A stretch of 64,000 nt of DNA from Saccostrea cucullata (Eukaryota), in contig NW_026937255.1 of assembly GCF_032062105.1 (NCBI RefSeq), positions 1 to 64,000 of the forward strand, written 5' to 3'. Each line of letters starts with the position of its first letter. Position 1 is the stretch's first letter. Under the pieces are notes generated by a model. The model was not told where the DNA came from, did no database searches, and saw only the letters and a list, made by a program, of their open reading frames with translations. Made by a program: the position numbers and the translations under genes. Positions 50,153-63,100 of this stretch are shown piece after piece.

Positions 50153-50342
50153 ATTATGGACTTCAGTGAAGGTCGATATGTGGTTATAGGGACTCATGGC
50201 AATTGATATTGACCGAAGGCACAGAGAGTGATATCGAAAGAGCAGGCGAGGTTGCTATCATTTTCTGTGTCTGAGGTCAATATCAATTGCCATGAGTCCT
50301 TATAACCTGTCATAAATTTGACCATTCACTGAAGACCATAAT
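50153..50342. repeat. About 190-bp imperfect palindrome in a Kolobok intron
   Basis: GGACTCATGGCAATTGATATTGACC / GGTCAATATCAATTGCCATGAGTCC with outer arms. Confidence 0.75.
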
Positions 50343-52674
50343 AGTTATATTATATAATCACTCAAATTGAATGCACTCACACAGTCGTAACAATGGATTA
50401 CGTACTACATAACTTTAGCGCAACCAAACGGCATGTTGTGTGATATTGTTTTATTTTACTGGAATGTTTAGAAAATAAATTATATACCTGACATACTGAT
50501 CCTCTTTTCTGCCACCCGTCATCAAATGATACAGACAGCTCATTAGGTGTACTGTAAAACAACATAGTTCATTTTAGTGTATGTAACCTTGATTTTCCTA
50601 TTTATATTATAAGCATTGCAAATATTATTAAAAAAAATGTTTGATAAAAATACCTGTCACAGTACACAGGTTAAAAAATGTTCAATATATTTCTGTTACT
50701 ACAAAAGTAATTTGGTACCTTGATGATTCCTTCTCGGCTGCAGCCATATCGTCACAACTCTTTTTGGCCACTTCTTCTAATCCTTTCCTACTTCCCTTTC
50801 TGTTTTCTTCAAGGTTTTGTGGCACATAGATGGAATATTAAGTACACTTAATGGCATTGATACTTTCTTCTGGCCAATGCCTGCATGAAGCATACCTATA
50901 AAATATAAACAATTTTATATACTGTTCTTTTTACAACATAATAACATTTAAATTTTTGTAATTTATAATATATCTGGTGGTTCAACTAGTATACCATTCA
51001 AATATCATATAAAAATATGTCCTTAGAAAAAAACTGCACTACATTTTTGTTTGTAGTACATGTACATATAAAATTTAATTATCTATATACAAAGCCTACC
51101 AAGAGCCAGTTTTGTGTTGACATCAAATGCTCTTGATGGATGGTCATTGTCTACACGTGAGTGTCTCTTTCCTGTTGGAACTCATACCACCATATCACAA
51201 TTCACACACTTTATTTTCTAACATTGATGCCAGTCCATATCTGATCTCACCACAAATATTTGTGAAGTTCAAAGGATGTCTGCAGAATTCACAACCTTCA
51301 AGCAACTTCTCAATGACGTACTGAATTTCAATAATCCTTCTCCCTTCGTTCCACTTTATCGTTACATCATCACCAGTGTCTTCACAACCTATCACGATTT
51401 CCTCTTCTTCAATGTGTGATGGCACTGACATACAATAATCATGCTCATAAGGTACATATTATGGCAAATCGATGGAGTGACAAGTCTCTGACAGAACAAG
51501 ACCTGCATCATCATGACCTTTAATAAATGAAATGCACAGTTATACAATAATATGCAGGATATACATGAAGGTGTTTATACGTCCGTATGAACCATATATG
51601 AAAGAGAATCGAAAACAAGAAATCATAATCAAAATTTTACTCACTTGGCTGCAGAAGTATCTCTCCTTGGTTTTTCCGCTGTTTGTTTACTTCTAATGCC
51701 CGTATCCTTCTCAACTTTCCTTCGGATATAAATTTCCTAACTTTCCCGCGAACTTGTTCCTCCATGTTGTAAACAAAGTAATAAAATTACCTCCAATTAC
51801 AAAAAGCGCATAAAGGGACATAATAATTTCTTAACATTCAAACCAATTCTGGAATTATTCCGGTTTTTCGTAGTGGAAATCTTCACATTGCGGAGATAGA
51901 AAAAAATCTTTGGAAACAATGGAAGATACGTCGCGTCTGACCTTAAATAATTCTGATAGCATCCCCGCATATTTTACACAAAATTTCATACTAGAATACA
52001 TTGTCTTGATAATGCCAAGTAATTTTCCCTTAATTCCATACAGAATAAGTTTGTGCCATAATTGTGCGCTTTGTACAGTATCAAATGCTTTTGTATAATC
52101 AATAAAACAACAATAAAGTCTATTTTTCTTTCTTAATGATTCATTAAATAATTATTGTATGTATACAAAATATTGCTTCAGCTGTTCCCCGTTTAGGCTG
52201 AAATTCGAATTGTGCATCTGAAATAACACAGTTCTTATTTGACCATTTTAACAATCTTTGAATTAAAACAGTAGTAAAAAGTTTGCAAAAGCAATTTAGA
52301 AGACTAATACCTCTGTAATTATTTGTATCGGTTGCATCACCTTTTTTAAATGCAGGTACAAGAATGGACTTTGTCCACATATATGGAAAAAAACCAGAAT
52401 GAAATATTCTGTTAAATAAGTTATAAATAATAGGCAGCAAAATAGTTTTAAATTCAATGAAATACACATTAATAATCAAGTCTGTTCCGTTAGGCTTTTC
52501 TCTCTTTAACTTAGTAAGTGCGTCAAGTCAACTAAGTAAGTGCGTCAAGTATTTCTTCATTAGATATGTCACAGTCAAGTTCTTCGAAATTGGTTGTATC
52601 GTCGTCACTCGGTATATCACTGACACTTGCATTAACGTTTGTTCCAAGCTTTCTAAATTGTTCATAAAATCGAT

Positions 52675-53560
52675 AAGTATGTACATAGTTATAATGAGCA
52701 AGCGTGCCTCTTCCACAATTGTGAATTTTATGGCCCCAGGGTCAGGGGTTCTGGTGTTAGGGCGGGGCTCTATTGTTTATATAGTGAAAAATGCATTAAT
52801 TCCTTGAAAATCTTCTCTATTCCTCGGTCTTAAATAAGTTAACTAAGTAGATAGTTATGATGAGCAAGAGTGCTTCTTCCACAATTGTATATTTTATGGC
52901 CCCAGGGTCATGGGTTCTGGTGTTAGGGCGGGGCTCTATTGATTATATAATGAAAATGCATTAGTTCTTTGAAAATCTCCTCTACAGCAGGCCCCGGGAT
53001 CACGTTATATCTTAAGCTTAGGTCAGAATCTTCATATACTGTACTTAAATTTTATATAAGGCGAACAGATCAAAAATGTGATGCGTTTCATTTTGATTCA
53101 TGCAAATGTTGTGTTAGCAAATTTATAGATCAATTCGATAATTAACAAACATTTTAGAGGCAATTGAAAATTTGAATTAAGTCTTAGGTCTGTTTCATGA
53201 TCCTAGGGCCTGGGTATTAAATAAACTAAGTTCATAGTTATGATGAGCAAGATTGCCTCCTCAAAAATTGTGAATTTTATGGCCCCAGGGTCAGAGGTTT
53301 TGGTGTTAGGGCGGGGCTCTATCGATAATAAAGTGAAAATGCATTAATTTTTCAAAAATATTCTCCTCTGCTCCTGGGTATTTAATAAACTAAGTGCAAA
53401 GTTATGATGAGCAAGAGTGCCTCTTCCAAAATTGCGAATTTTATGGCCCCAGGGTCAGGGGTTCTGGTCCGGTGGTAGTACGGGGCTTTATTGAATATAT
53501 TGTGAAAATGTATTAATTCTTTCAAAATCTTCTTCTCTGCTCCTGGGTATTAAATAAACT
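52675..53560 (+). repeat. Degenerate 168-bp satellite units (3' half of the split HINE)
   Basis: GGCCCCAGGGTCA recurs near 52732, 52898, 53281 and 53445. Confidence 0.85.
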
Positions 53561-54379
53561 TTATGATGCCTCAACCAAATTTGTGAATTTCATGGCCCCT
53601 GTGTCAGAGGTTTTGCGAATGCCATTTGGTGTGGGGGGGGGGGGGGCTCTTTTGATTTTATAGTGAAAATAACATTAATTCTTTGGAAATCTTTTCCTTT
53701 GCTCCTGGGTATTATGCTTATGATCCAAGTATATATATTTATGATGAAGAAAGGTGCATCTAGCAAAATGGTTAATTCCATGCCCCCTAGGTCAGAGGTA
53801 TCGGAGGGGGGATTACATAGTCTGAAAATTAATTAATGCTTTGAAATCTGCTCTTTGGTATTTATCAAACCATTTACGATGAAATTAAATTTATGATAAA
53901 ATTTCCAAAATGTTGAAATGTGTCCCCAGGGTCATTGATTCCTTTGAGGTGGGGTGCACAACTGGTTGTAAAGTGGAAGTGCATTTTCTCTTTGTTACTC
54001 TGATCTACCTCTGGGTATTAAGTAAATAGAGTAAGGATGCCAAGTTTATAATCATGATAAGCAATGGTGCTTCTTTCAAAATTGTGAATTTCATGGCCTC
54101 TGGTCTAAAACCCAAACCAAATTCATTTGTTGGAAAGTTGTTACATGATACTCAGGGGACCTATAAGGCCCGTTGGCCTCTTGTATGAATTAAAATGATA
54201 AATTAAGTCATTATATAATATATTGCAGTCATTATATCCAGGGCATAATCTGATCAATCCTAGCCCTCTAGATCTTGTAGACCCGAAGGAAGCAGGCGTT
54301 CACAATCAAACTTTCCTGCACAAAATCTCCGCTCTCTCGTTTTTACACTGAGAGACTCAATTTATCCAAGACATCCATC

Positions 54380-54886
54380 CAATCTGATTAAAATCCGATC
54401 CTTTGATCCGCTCACTTAGATCGCTACACAAGGATCTGAAGAAATCCCATTCAGGTTCATCTCCGGGTGACCTTTGAATTATCCAATCAAATGTTCACTT
54501 TGGAGAATTGGAAAGTATCTCGGAATTCAGTTACAGAGGGGAAAAGCCCGATGATACACGAATGGAAAAACCGTGACCTAGTTCCTGTAGCCTGTCAAGA
54601 GAAGAACCAAAGTCTTTTCTGTACAGTAATATAATAAGTACTTGCTTTTATCTTGTTTTTTAGCTCTTTGTTTTGTACGAAACGATAAGATCTTCTCCGC
54701 AGCTACTTTCACTTCTATATTCGTTTTCGCGAATGTCGCTTAAGTACGATCTCTCTGATTGGTCAAAATTTTCATGAATATTTTTATTAGAAAGGTCACC
54801 AGGAGATGACCCTGAATGGGGTTTCTTTAGATCCTTGTGAAGCGATTTATGTGAGCGGATCAAATGATCTGATTTTAATCAGATTG
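54380..54886. mobile_element. Mutator-like MITE, copy 1
   Basis: About 95-bp TIRs starting CAATCTGATTAAAATC. 10-bp TSD GACATCCATC. Confidence 0.88.
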
Positions 54887-55264
54887 GACATCCATCAATA
54901 ATAGTGGACATTTGGTCCGCAGTACTGAGTTCCCGAAGAAATGTTCCTGTGTCTGAAGTGAAAGAAAATAAGAGAGATTACACGATAAGTATAATTATTT
55001 TGGTTCCTGCTGACAGAGCAGGTACCAATATTGTCTTGTAATGTCCATTTTAGAGGAAGCGGACCCCAAAAGCTCCCTTTGTAAGAAGGAGATTCTTCCA
55101 AAATCATATGTCCGTTTTTTTAATATTCTATCATCCAAAATGATTTTGAAATACCATATCTATATTGACTTATTGTTTCACTTTATAAAAAACGTAGTGG
55201 GTTCCAGTAAATGTGCGACCAAGTCCCTTTTTTTTTTTACTCCTCGCTAAAATATTAACAGTAG

Positions 55265-55357
55265 CATCGTCGCAAACCACGGCCAAAATGTACGTTACTC
55301 TCCCATTCTGATAGGAGAGAGCTTTAGGCGGACTCCGGACCGTGGCTTGAGTCGATG
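55265..55357. mobile_element. 93-bp miniature inverted-repeat element
   Basis: CATCG...CCACGG / CCGTGG...CGATG. 9-bp TSD TAACAGTAG. Confidence 0.7.
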
Positions 55358-58300
55358 TAACAGTAGTGAAGGGGAAAAATATGCAACAATATATTCGAGA
55401 AGTTATATATCAGACGTTAATCAATACTTAAAAAATGTCAAAGATCATTCAAAAAATTTGAAAACGCAAAATTTCACCAAATCTAGCCATGTGAATTAAA
55501 AGCTGAAACTGCTTTATTTTAGTAAACAACGCATTTAATATCATATAGACCTTTGGTGATTGATGTCTATCAAAAATGACGTAATTTTCTGGCAGTTAAA
55601 TACATTATGACGTCACGAAATGCGTCAGTTTCCTCATATTCTGCACAATCACTTTTTCAATACTATATAAATACACATATGAAACATCAGAGCCTGCTTC
55701 ATCCAGTTAGAACAATAGCTGCTAATGCTACCATTGAGTTCAGAGGGGCTTTGAAAGGAAATGTGAATGAAAAATATAAAGTGCTTGATGAAAAACTTGC
55801 ATATTCGAATATTTTAAAGTCTATTCTTTTTGATGAAAAAATTCACTGCAGCTCACCATTTTGCACAAATATGCAACGGTACAGATTTATAGAAAAGCAT
55901 AGGCTGTCCGTCCCCATTTATTTAATTCGCTTAAGTGCAGGTGGATCTACAGGGGGGGGGGGGGGGGGGGGGTAGTGGCCAACTTTTTTTCAAGGCCAAC
56001 TTCCTTTCACTTCAAATTTATTTGCATGCAATGCTAAATTTCCTTGATATCACTATACTGTGGTGAAAAGTGGGGGGGGGGGGGGCAACCAACCTTTCAA
56101 TGGACATTTTCAATAGAAAAGGTAATGTTGGGGGAAAAAGTGGGGGGGGGGGGGGCAGCCCCCCCCCCCGTTGCTACGTGCCTGTCTTCACAGCTGTTAA
56201 TGACTCAGTTCTTCAGAGTGCTAATCCATTTAGACATCTAAGCTAAGGTTCTTGCCAACATAGAAGAGAGAAAACCTATCCTGTTGAAATATACAGATGG
56301 CGGAACAGATCAGGGGAACAATTTAGAAAGCGTACGTTTTGCAAAAATATGCCTGTTTCGAGAAATGAACTTGGTTATAGCAATATCATCAATAGCAACT
56401 ACATAGCTGCAGAAATGTAACTCTCTGCTTAAGAGAATTCGGTCAAATAGAGCAGAGAGCAACAGATCCAAACGTTGTAAAAAAAAATCGTTAAAATAGT
56501 ATCTGTGGATTCGAGATTTACGTCGTTAGGGCGATGAAGATATGAAGCGATGGTGGAATAAAGATGATGTGATTTCGCAACAATGCAGTGACGATGGTGC
56601 CGTAGCACGATGGAGCAATGATACGATCACGATGAAGCGATATTCACTGTCGCTTCATCGTTTTATTGCACCATTGCCATCGCGCTATCGCTTCATCCAT
56701 ATCGCGCCATCGACCAATTAGTCCCAATGGTGCGATAAGGAATTGCATGGCCATATCGAGATTCCAAAATTATCGGAAAAGTTACCATATATTTTACACA
56801 TGTTCGTATTTACGGGAGACTAATTTTTACAGTATAATTTAGATGTTTTAATCCTAATATGTTGACGGTGCGACCGTTGGAGCGAGCGCAGCACTAAAAT
56901 CGAATGTACGGATTGTAAAAAATAGGCTAAATGTAAAGCTAAATTTCATGTGTAAATTACTGGTAAGTAAGAAAAATTATTCTTTATACATAAAGTAAGC
57001 TCTTAGAAATGATAAATATAGGTGTAACAGTGTTGGAAACAAATTAAAACCTCGTGTAGAGAGAATGACATATTTGGGCCTTCTGTACGAGTGACTGGTT
57101 TGCATACTAGTCGGTTTGGGCACGAGTTGACTAGATACCCTTTCTGTCCAAAAAAAAATCTGACTACATAGTTTAAAGACTACATATAAACGGAGAAATT
57201 TCCTGTTATTTATGCCTCAGGTACCTGGAATTGACCCCACTGATAGGTCGAATCCAACAGACCTTGATTTTCTGACTTGAAACAACAAATAACGGTAATA
57301 AAACTTACCTGTCGTAGTTGTAAGGGATCATGAAGCGAAAATTTCATGGGGTGAAATCGCCTGTCACCGCCGATGCCAAGCACGCGCTGTACTGAGGAAG
57401 ATGAAACACGTGATAGACGCCATGATTGATTTGAAGAAAGAAAACACGCAAGTTTGGTACATGTAAGCATTGTACAAAATGAAAGTATAATAGGAACTTA
57501 CCTTGTATTTTAGATATGCTGTAAATGACTGTGACTTCAAAATTATTTTTCTGCAGACAATATCGGGTGATAAGTATAGAGTAACGCTTGGTGAACCTTA
57601 TTATAAAATAACAAATTTAAGAGGAACTTAAAGTAACTAGACATTCCAAATTTTTCTTCATGAAATAACTACGAAGACTTGACAAGGTGTAGAACAGTGA
57701 ACAGTGAAGAGGATGATGGACAAGTTCAACTGATTTGTTGAATTTAAAATTTGTAACAGTGGGTAGGGCAGTTGAGGTTTTTTTTCTCTTTGTGAAATCA
57801 AAAATAATCACAGGGGGATGGGGTGTATCTAGGGTCAGTTTCTGCTTTATGGAGATATAATTTTGAACAACCCTGACATGTACTTGAAAACACAGGTGGG
57901 GGGGGGGGGGGGGGAGGGTAGAGTACAGTATTACATTTATTTGCCTTTGAAACCTAAGGTGATGAGAAGAGGATATAGACAAGTGTGACAGAATCTCTTG
58001 ATTTAGCTAAGCATGAAGTAAAATACCAAAAAATTTGATAGACAATTATTACCCCTTATGGGATAAGGACCCAAGACCTGACACAAAAGGTAACTGACCT
58101 AGCCTTGTTTTATTTCTAGTTAATGTTTAAAGTTTATAAGATATATATGCACCGTCATCATATGATATTAAGAGATTTTAAAGCCCGTTATGCATAAATT
58201 ATCCCATGTTTCCCACTTCGTTGATGTCCCTGGCACACTATAGTAAGTATACAGTGATTCCTTATATTTCCATTTCACTGTGAGTTCGTAAAGCAACGCC

Positions 58301-58759
58301 TGAGCGAAGAGAAAATTCGGACAACTGCACATTCATTCGTCAGATTTCTTTTTCTCAGTAACTTTGGACCCACTATGCATCGCTTGTTAAAGCTACGTTC
58401 TAACGAGAATAGCAGCAAAAGTTCAATTAAAAGTTAACACACCTTGATAAAAAAAAGTTGATTTAATGGATAAATATTAAAGATAAATAGTAAACGAAAC
58501 GTTCTTCATTTACTTTCAGCACTGTTCAGGCTTCTTTTTGGTAATGTAACTTACATACGACGTTAGTTGATGTCAGAGTCTAGACGCATCAAATGGCACG
58601 TGCGGCTGGACGAGCCTGATCTGAATTATAACAAAAATACTGACATAACGGTCGCATGGTCAACATATTTTTATCCATAAAATAATAAGAAATAGCTAAA
58701 TCAAGAGATTGTGCTGGGTCTAAAAGACATATAATATAGAAATATTCATTTTCTTTTAA

Positions 58760-59990
58760 AATCCCAAGTGTGATCTATTTCCTCAACCTCTTCCTCTGAA
58801 CTTGCACACAGATCACTTGTTTCATTTTTTTTGATGTCATTGTGGATGGTGGAACATGGTTTTCAAGAATATTCTTGAAAACCATTTCTCAGAAAGCAAA
58901 CTGTCTGGATGAACACTATCATAAAACTGATTGTAAATAAACTTAGTATGTTTTTTCCTGTTTTTACCATTCCTGCCTTTTTTTCACAGAAATTTTAGAC
59001 ACATTCTTGTCAAGTCTTATAGTACTGACATTGTGTATTTGATTTAATTTACAAATTTCTAGGTTGATTTCCCTGATGTCATGTTCAAAATAATTTTGCT
59101 GGAAGTTGGTGTTGTCGAAAGAATATTTACTTGTTTGCAGGTAACCTTTTTTGAATTGAAAATCTTTAAAGTTTTGAATTGAAACAGGATAGATGGTGGC
59201 AAATTGAACAGAAGTGTGGAATGAATTTTGAATTGTATTAATCAAGTGTGTAATATTTTCTGAAGAACGATCATGATAAATTTCACAATCTGATTAAAAT
59301 CCGATCCTTTGATCCGCTCACATAAATCGCTACACAAGGATCTGAAGAAATCCCATTCAGGTTCATCTCCTGGTGACCTTTGAATTATCCAATCAAATGT
59401 TCACTTTGGAGAATTGGAAAGTATCTCGGAATTCAGTTACAGAGGGGAAAAGCCCGATGATACACGAATGGAAAAACCGTGACCTAGTTCCTGTAGCCTG
59501 TCAAGAGAAGAACCAAAGTTTTTTCTGTACGGTAATTTAATAAGTACTTGCTTTTGTCTTGTTTTTAGCTCTTTGTTTTGTACGAAAACGATAAGATCTT
59601 GTCCGCAGCTACTTTCACTTCTATATTTGTTTTCCCTAATGTTGCTTAAGTACGATTTCTCTGATTGGTCAAAACTTTAATGAATATTTTTATAAGAAAA
59701 GGTCACCAGGAGATGACCCTGAATGGGGTTTCTTTAGATCCTTGTGAAGCGATTTATGTGAGCGGATCAAATGATCTGATTTTAATCAGATTGATAAATT
59801 TCACTTCCATGTTCACGGTGATTTTTTTTGGTCAAATTACAGATTCCAGCCATGAACACAATGCGGCATGGTGAGGTGTCAGGTATCGTTTTGTGAAGTG
59901 ATATAACCTCGTCTTTTAATTTTTCTAAAGTTTCTCCTGGCCTACAGTTTTGGTCTGATTTCAATATAATTTTGCACAGAAGTAGACTAC
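58760..59990 (-). pseudogene. SGNH/GDSL hydrolase-like remnant, interrupted by the MITE
   Basis: RPG.TL, IVFMAGICNLT (block III-like) and YDSVHPD (DxxH-like, near 58905-58925). The frame is continuous across the MITE. The N-terminal GDS motif was not found. Confidence 0.5.
59286..59793. mobile_element. Mutator-like MITE, copy 2
   Basis: Same family as 54380-54886. 10-bp TSD ATAAATTTCA. Confidence 0.88.
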
Positions 59991-60129
59991 ACTAAGATAC
60001 ACAATTCTATTTATCATTTTTCGATTTCGATGAACATTTTTGCCTTGGTAACTAAAGATAGAAATTTCTGTAAATACTATCAAAATACAGTTTTAGTCTG
60101 ATTATGATATAATCTGGCATGCAAGTAGA

Positions 60130-63100
60130 CTACACTAAGAACATAAAAAGACTTACATTGTAATCAAGGATCATTATTCTATTTATTACTGTTGTAAAGT
60201 TTAAATTCCCAACTGCTACTTTTCCATTGCTATAAGTAAAAACCAGTAGAGCTTCAGTCTCGACAAAGACCTCTGGTTCCAGTTCTGTATCCTCTTTTAA
60301 ATGTTGAAATTTTACAATTGTTTCTTTCGCAAAGGTCTCAATTCTTTTAATCTCCCTCTCTCTGGCTGTTGTAGTTGGTGTGTGGACTTTATGGCATATT
60401 CTGTCTGCATTGGCAAGAAAAGAGGGATGCCAAGCAAAATCAGGGTCAGATTTATTTTTTCCTGTAGATTTTGCGCGTGATAAGGCTACAAACAGAGCAC
60501 CAGGATTTCTAGATTCAAAGGCCCTTGTTCCAGGATGAAATACAATATATCTATTTTTCTCCCCCTCCCCAATTGTCATTCCCTGGCCCCGATGAATTGT
60601 TGTTGCCCATCCCAGTCGTAAAGGAATTTGCTTACGTTTACAGAAACGACACAGACTATCTAATTTTCTTTCTACTGGAAATATTGGTATAACTTTCGGT
60701 TTAGTGGGTATGAAGGGTGGACCACTATAATTTGGTACTTCAACCATGACAACATCAGGAAATGCAGGGGATTTTCTACCATTTAAGTAAAGAATATCTT
60801 CAACAGTACCAACTGCACCGTTAAAAAGTCCAAATTTTACACGCAAATTCACTGAAATCATAACTTTTGAATTTTTGCAAATATATATGGTGTTAAGAAG
60901 ACCACCAGCATTTTCACTTCCACCAGTCTTAGAATGCGGACCTTTTGATATGGAAATAATTTTTTGCTACTGGGAATTTTTTATTCACATCGTATAATTT
61001 TGTTGCATTATGATTCCATTCTTCATCATGAGTAGGGAAAACGAAGAGTCTTTTTGACATCCGTTCTAATAATTCTTCACTATGTGTTATTTTAAGGTTG
61101 TTCCACTGAAACTGCTGCAACCACTGGACCTGACAAGGAGTTGCCTTGTATTCAAGAAGACATGAAAGGACATCTTTTAGTGTGCTCCCCTTGACGAAAA
61201 ATTTCTTTAAAACAAGAGCAGTTTTGAATTCTTGCCAAACTAAAACACCATGCATTGAAGCTGGGATTTACCCTTCGAATGATATACAGGAGAATATAAC
61301 ACTGGTGGAAGTTGTACATCATCTCCAAAAAAACTATCACAGGAATACCACCCCATGTCTGGTCTGAAATACCAGTGCCAAATCTGCAATGAAAATCCAT
61401 CCATTCAAGTGTAGTTGATCCTACTAAAGATCGTTCATCAACAAGAATGGCATGAATTCCAGAGCAGTTAGCCTGCAGAGTAACTCCTGAAATCAAATTT
61501 GCATTATTGCTTGTGCGACACAATACTTGAACTGCTTTATTAGAATTAAAAAATAAACGAATTGCTTTGATAAGGCATTAATGAGAAAAGATTTTCCAGA
61601 CCCTGTAGAGCCAGAAACAACCATTCTGAGTGGCTTATAATTATCGGATTTGTTTGAAAAGGTCAAAAGTGTTCTCATGACTATTTTGAACGCAAATAAC
61701 TGATCCTGATTCATATTGTCCAGGTTGACTTTTGGTATTTTGAAACATTCATTTTCATCAGTAGATTTTGAAAGATTGTTCCACCACTCTTCGCCAAGGT
61801 TATCTGGATATTTTTCTTTTGGAGCACTCCAGTCAAGGTCGGGACCTCCAAGTAAAATTTTGATGTAAATCAACAAAGTCTGGATTTGGTCGAAGGATTT
61901 CCATCCATTCTGGTTGGACCACGTCGTCATTTGAAGAATCTTCATCTTGGGAGAAATTTCAAGGTTTTTTTTTCTTTAGCCTGCTGAACATCTGCTTTAA
62001 TAAAGTTAGGACAATTCTCTGATTCTAAAAATAGTTCAAACTTTTCTATCCAATTTGTTTCACTGTCTTTTATATCTGAAAAAGTCCTCCAATTTGGAAA
62101 ATGTAAAAGAAGGATTGTTTTGCAATAACTTTCCTCTAAAGGCCAAGAAGCTTGAGTAGGACCATTTATCACAGGAACTTTCCCATGTTTTGAAATAAAT
62201 TGATATAGAGAGGAATGATCATCTTCATGTCGGGAAAGATATTTATCAATGATAGTATTTTTTGTTATTGTGTTTATTCCAGATTACTGCAGTATCCTAC
62301 AACCTGATAAACTCGCATAAGAGTGACTAGAACGGAACAGGGGTATTGAGGAAAGCTCAAAACAGGCTTCAACAGAAGAAACGTCTCTCTTAACAGTATT
62401 CATAAGAAGCTTAGTACAGAGTGATTTCGGTGTTTCACCAGATTCATCAGAGTTGTTCACCATGTCAGAAAAACGTAGCAGGCGTACCCTGTTATATATT
62501 TTTCTGTGACAAGAATTTCGTCAACAGATTGATTTGATGCTCGCTCTTAGAAAGAATCAAGGAGATGTCCCCATTGGCTCTCCAGCCTTGTGTATGAAAT
62601 TTGGAATGTTGCACAAGAACTGGATGATCTCTTTCCATCTCAAGTCGCAGAGATCCATTCCTGTCTTTAACTAAAGCTGGAGAAGATTGCAGCTGTTTCA
62701 TAAATTCCATTCTACAATTTTTTTCAGATTCATTGAATTTAGAAGGTTTCATGCAATAATCTGAACAACGGTGTAAATTGAAACGGTTAGATAGAAGTAA
62801 ATGATCTTCTAGTAGTGATTCTTGGGAATTACTGAATTACTTAATCCATGTCAGTTTGTCCAAAAGTTTGAATAGGGGATTATTTTCTTCAGGAGGAGGA
62901 GCAGTACCCTCTGGTGGAGGCCACAAATTTTTATTTGAACTACCATTTTAATCCTTCCCAGCTGGATGATTAGCTGTGAGACCAAAATTTTCACTAGTCC
63001 ACTGAGATAATTTTTCAGCACACTCTTCATCTGAAAGACCAGCTGAGATGGCATTGTGCAAAAGATTATGAGGTTCTCGATCTGATCTCCAACAAAGACC

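Larger units (their letters stand above)
38655..51765 (-). pseudogene. Multi-exon Kolobok/Mutator-like DDE transposase fused to a C-terminal DEDDh 3'-5' exonuclease (PML-C-like)
   Basis: WNEGRRIIE..C..C..PL, SFDDGWQKR, AKAMEPD, IMDNDSTT, KQSDKNH, STQANESFN; then FVYFDLETTGL, VTQIGA, LVAHNAKFE, HDALADSQAL. Stops and frameshifts present. Last exon split by the ISL2EU insertion (RDPVN|GVKSILSEKNMGKVRVT). Confidence 0.78.
38173..51942 (-). mobile_element. Kolobok-type DNA transposon (about 4.8 kb without the nested ISL2EU)
   Basis: TTAA TSD at 38169-38172 and 51943-51946. Imperfect TIRs GGACACACGAGAC / GTCGCGTCTGACC. Removal restores the LINE frame MLSELFKNNNGLLQG. Confidence 0.85.
34337..52672 (-). 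mobile_element. Decayed LINE (CR1/L2-group-like) ORF2, fragmented by later insertions
   Basis: KKGD..DTNNYRGISLL (52144-52479), FIDYTKAFD (about 52085-52110), GLLQGEVLSPILF (about 38120-38160), YADD (38017-38028), C-terminal IETGR...C..C...EDEFHF...C (34596-34865). Outer boundaries approximate. Confidence 0.85.
33737..54184 (+). mobile_element. Non-autonomous Helentron (HINE) split by an approximately 18-kb nested insertion
   Basis: 5' end AGGTCACCTGAGTCACTTAAGTGACCT. The 168-bp satellite stops near 34336 and resumes near 52675. 3' end ACTCAGGGGACCT plus GGCCCGTTGGCC stem-loop. Confidence 0.8.
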
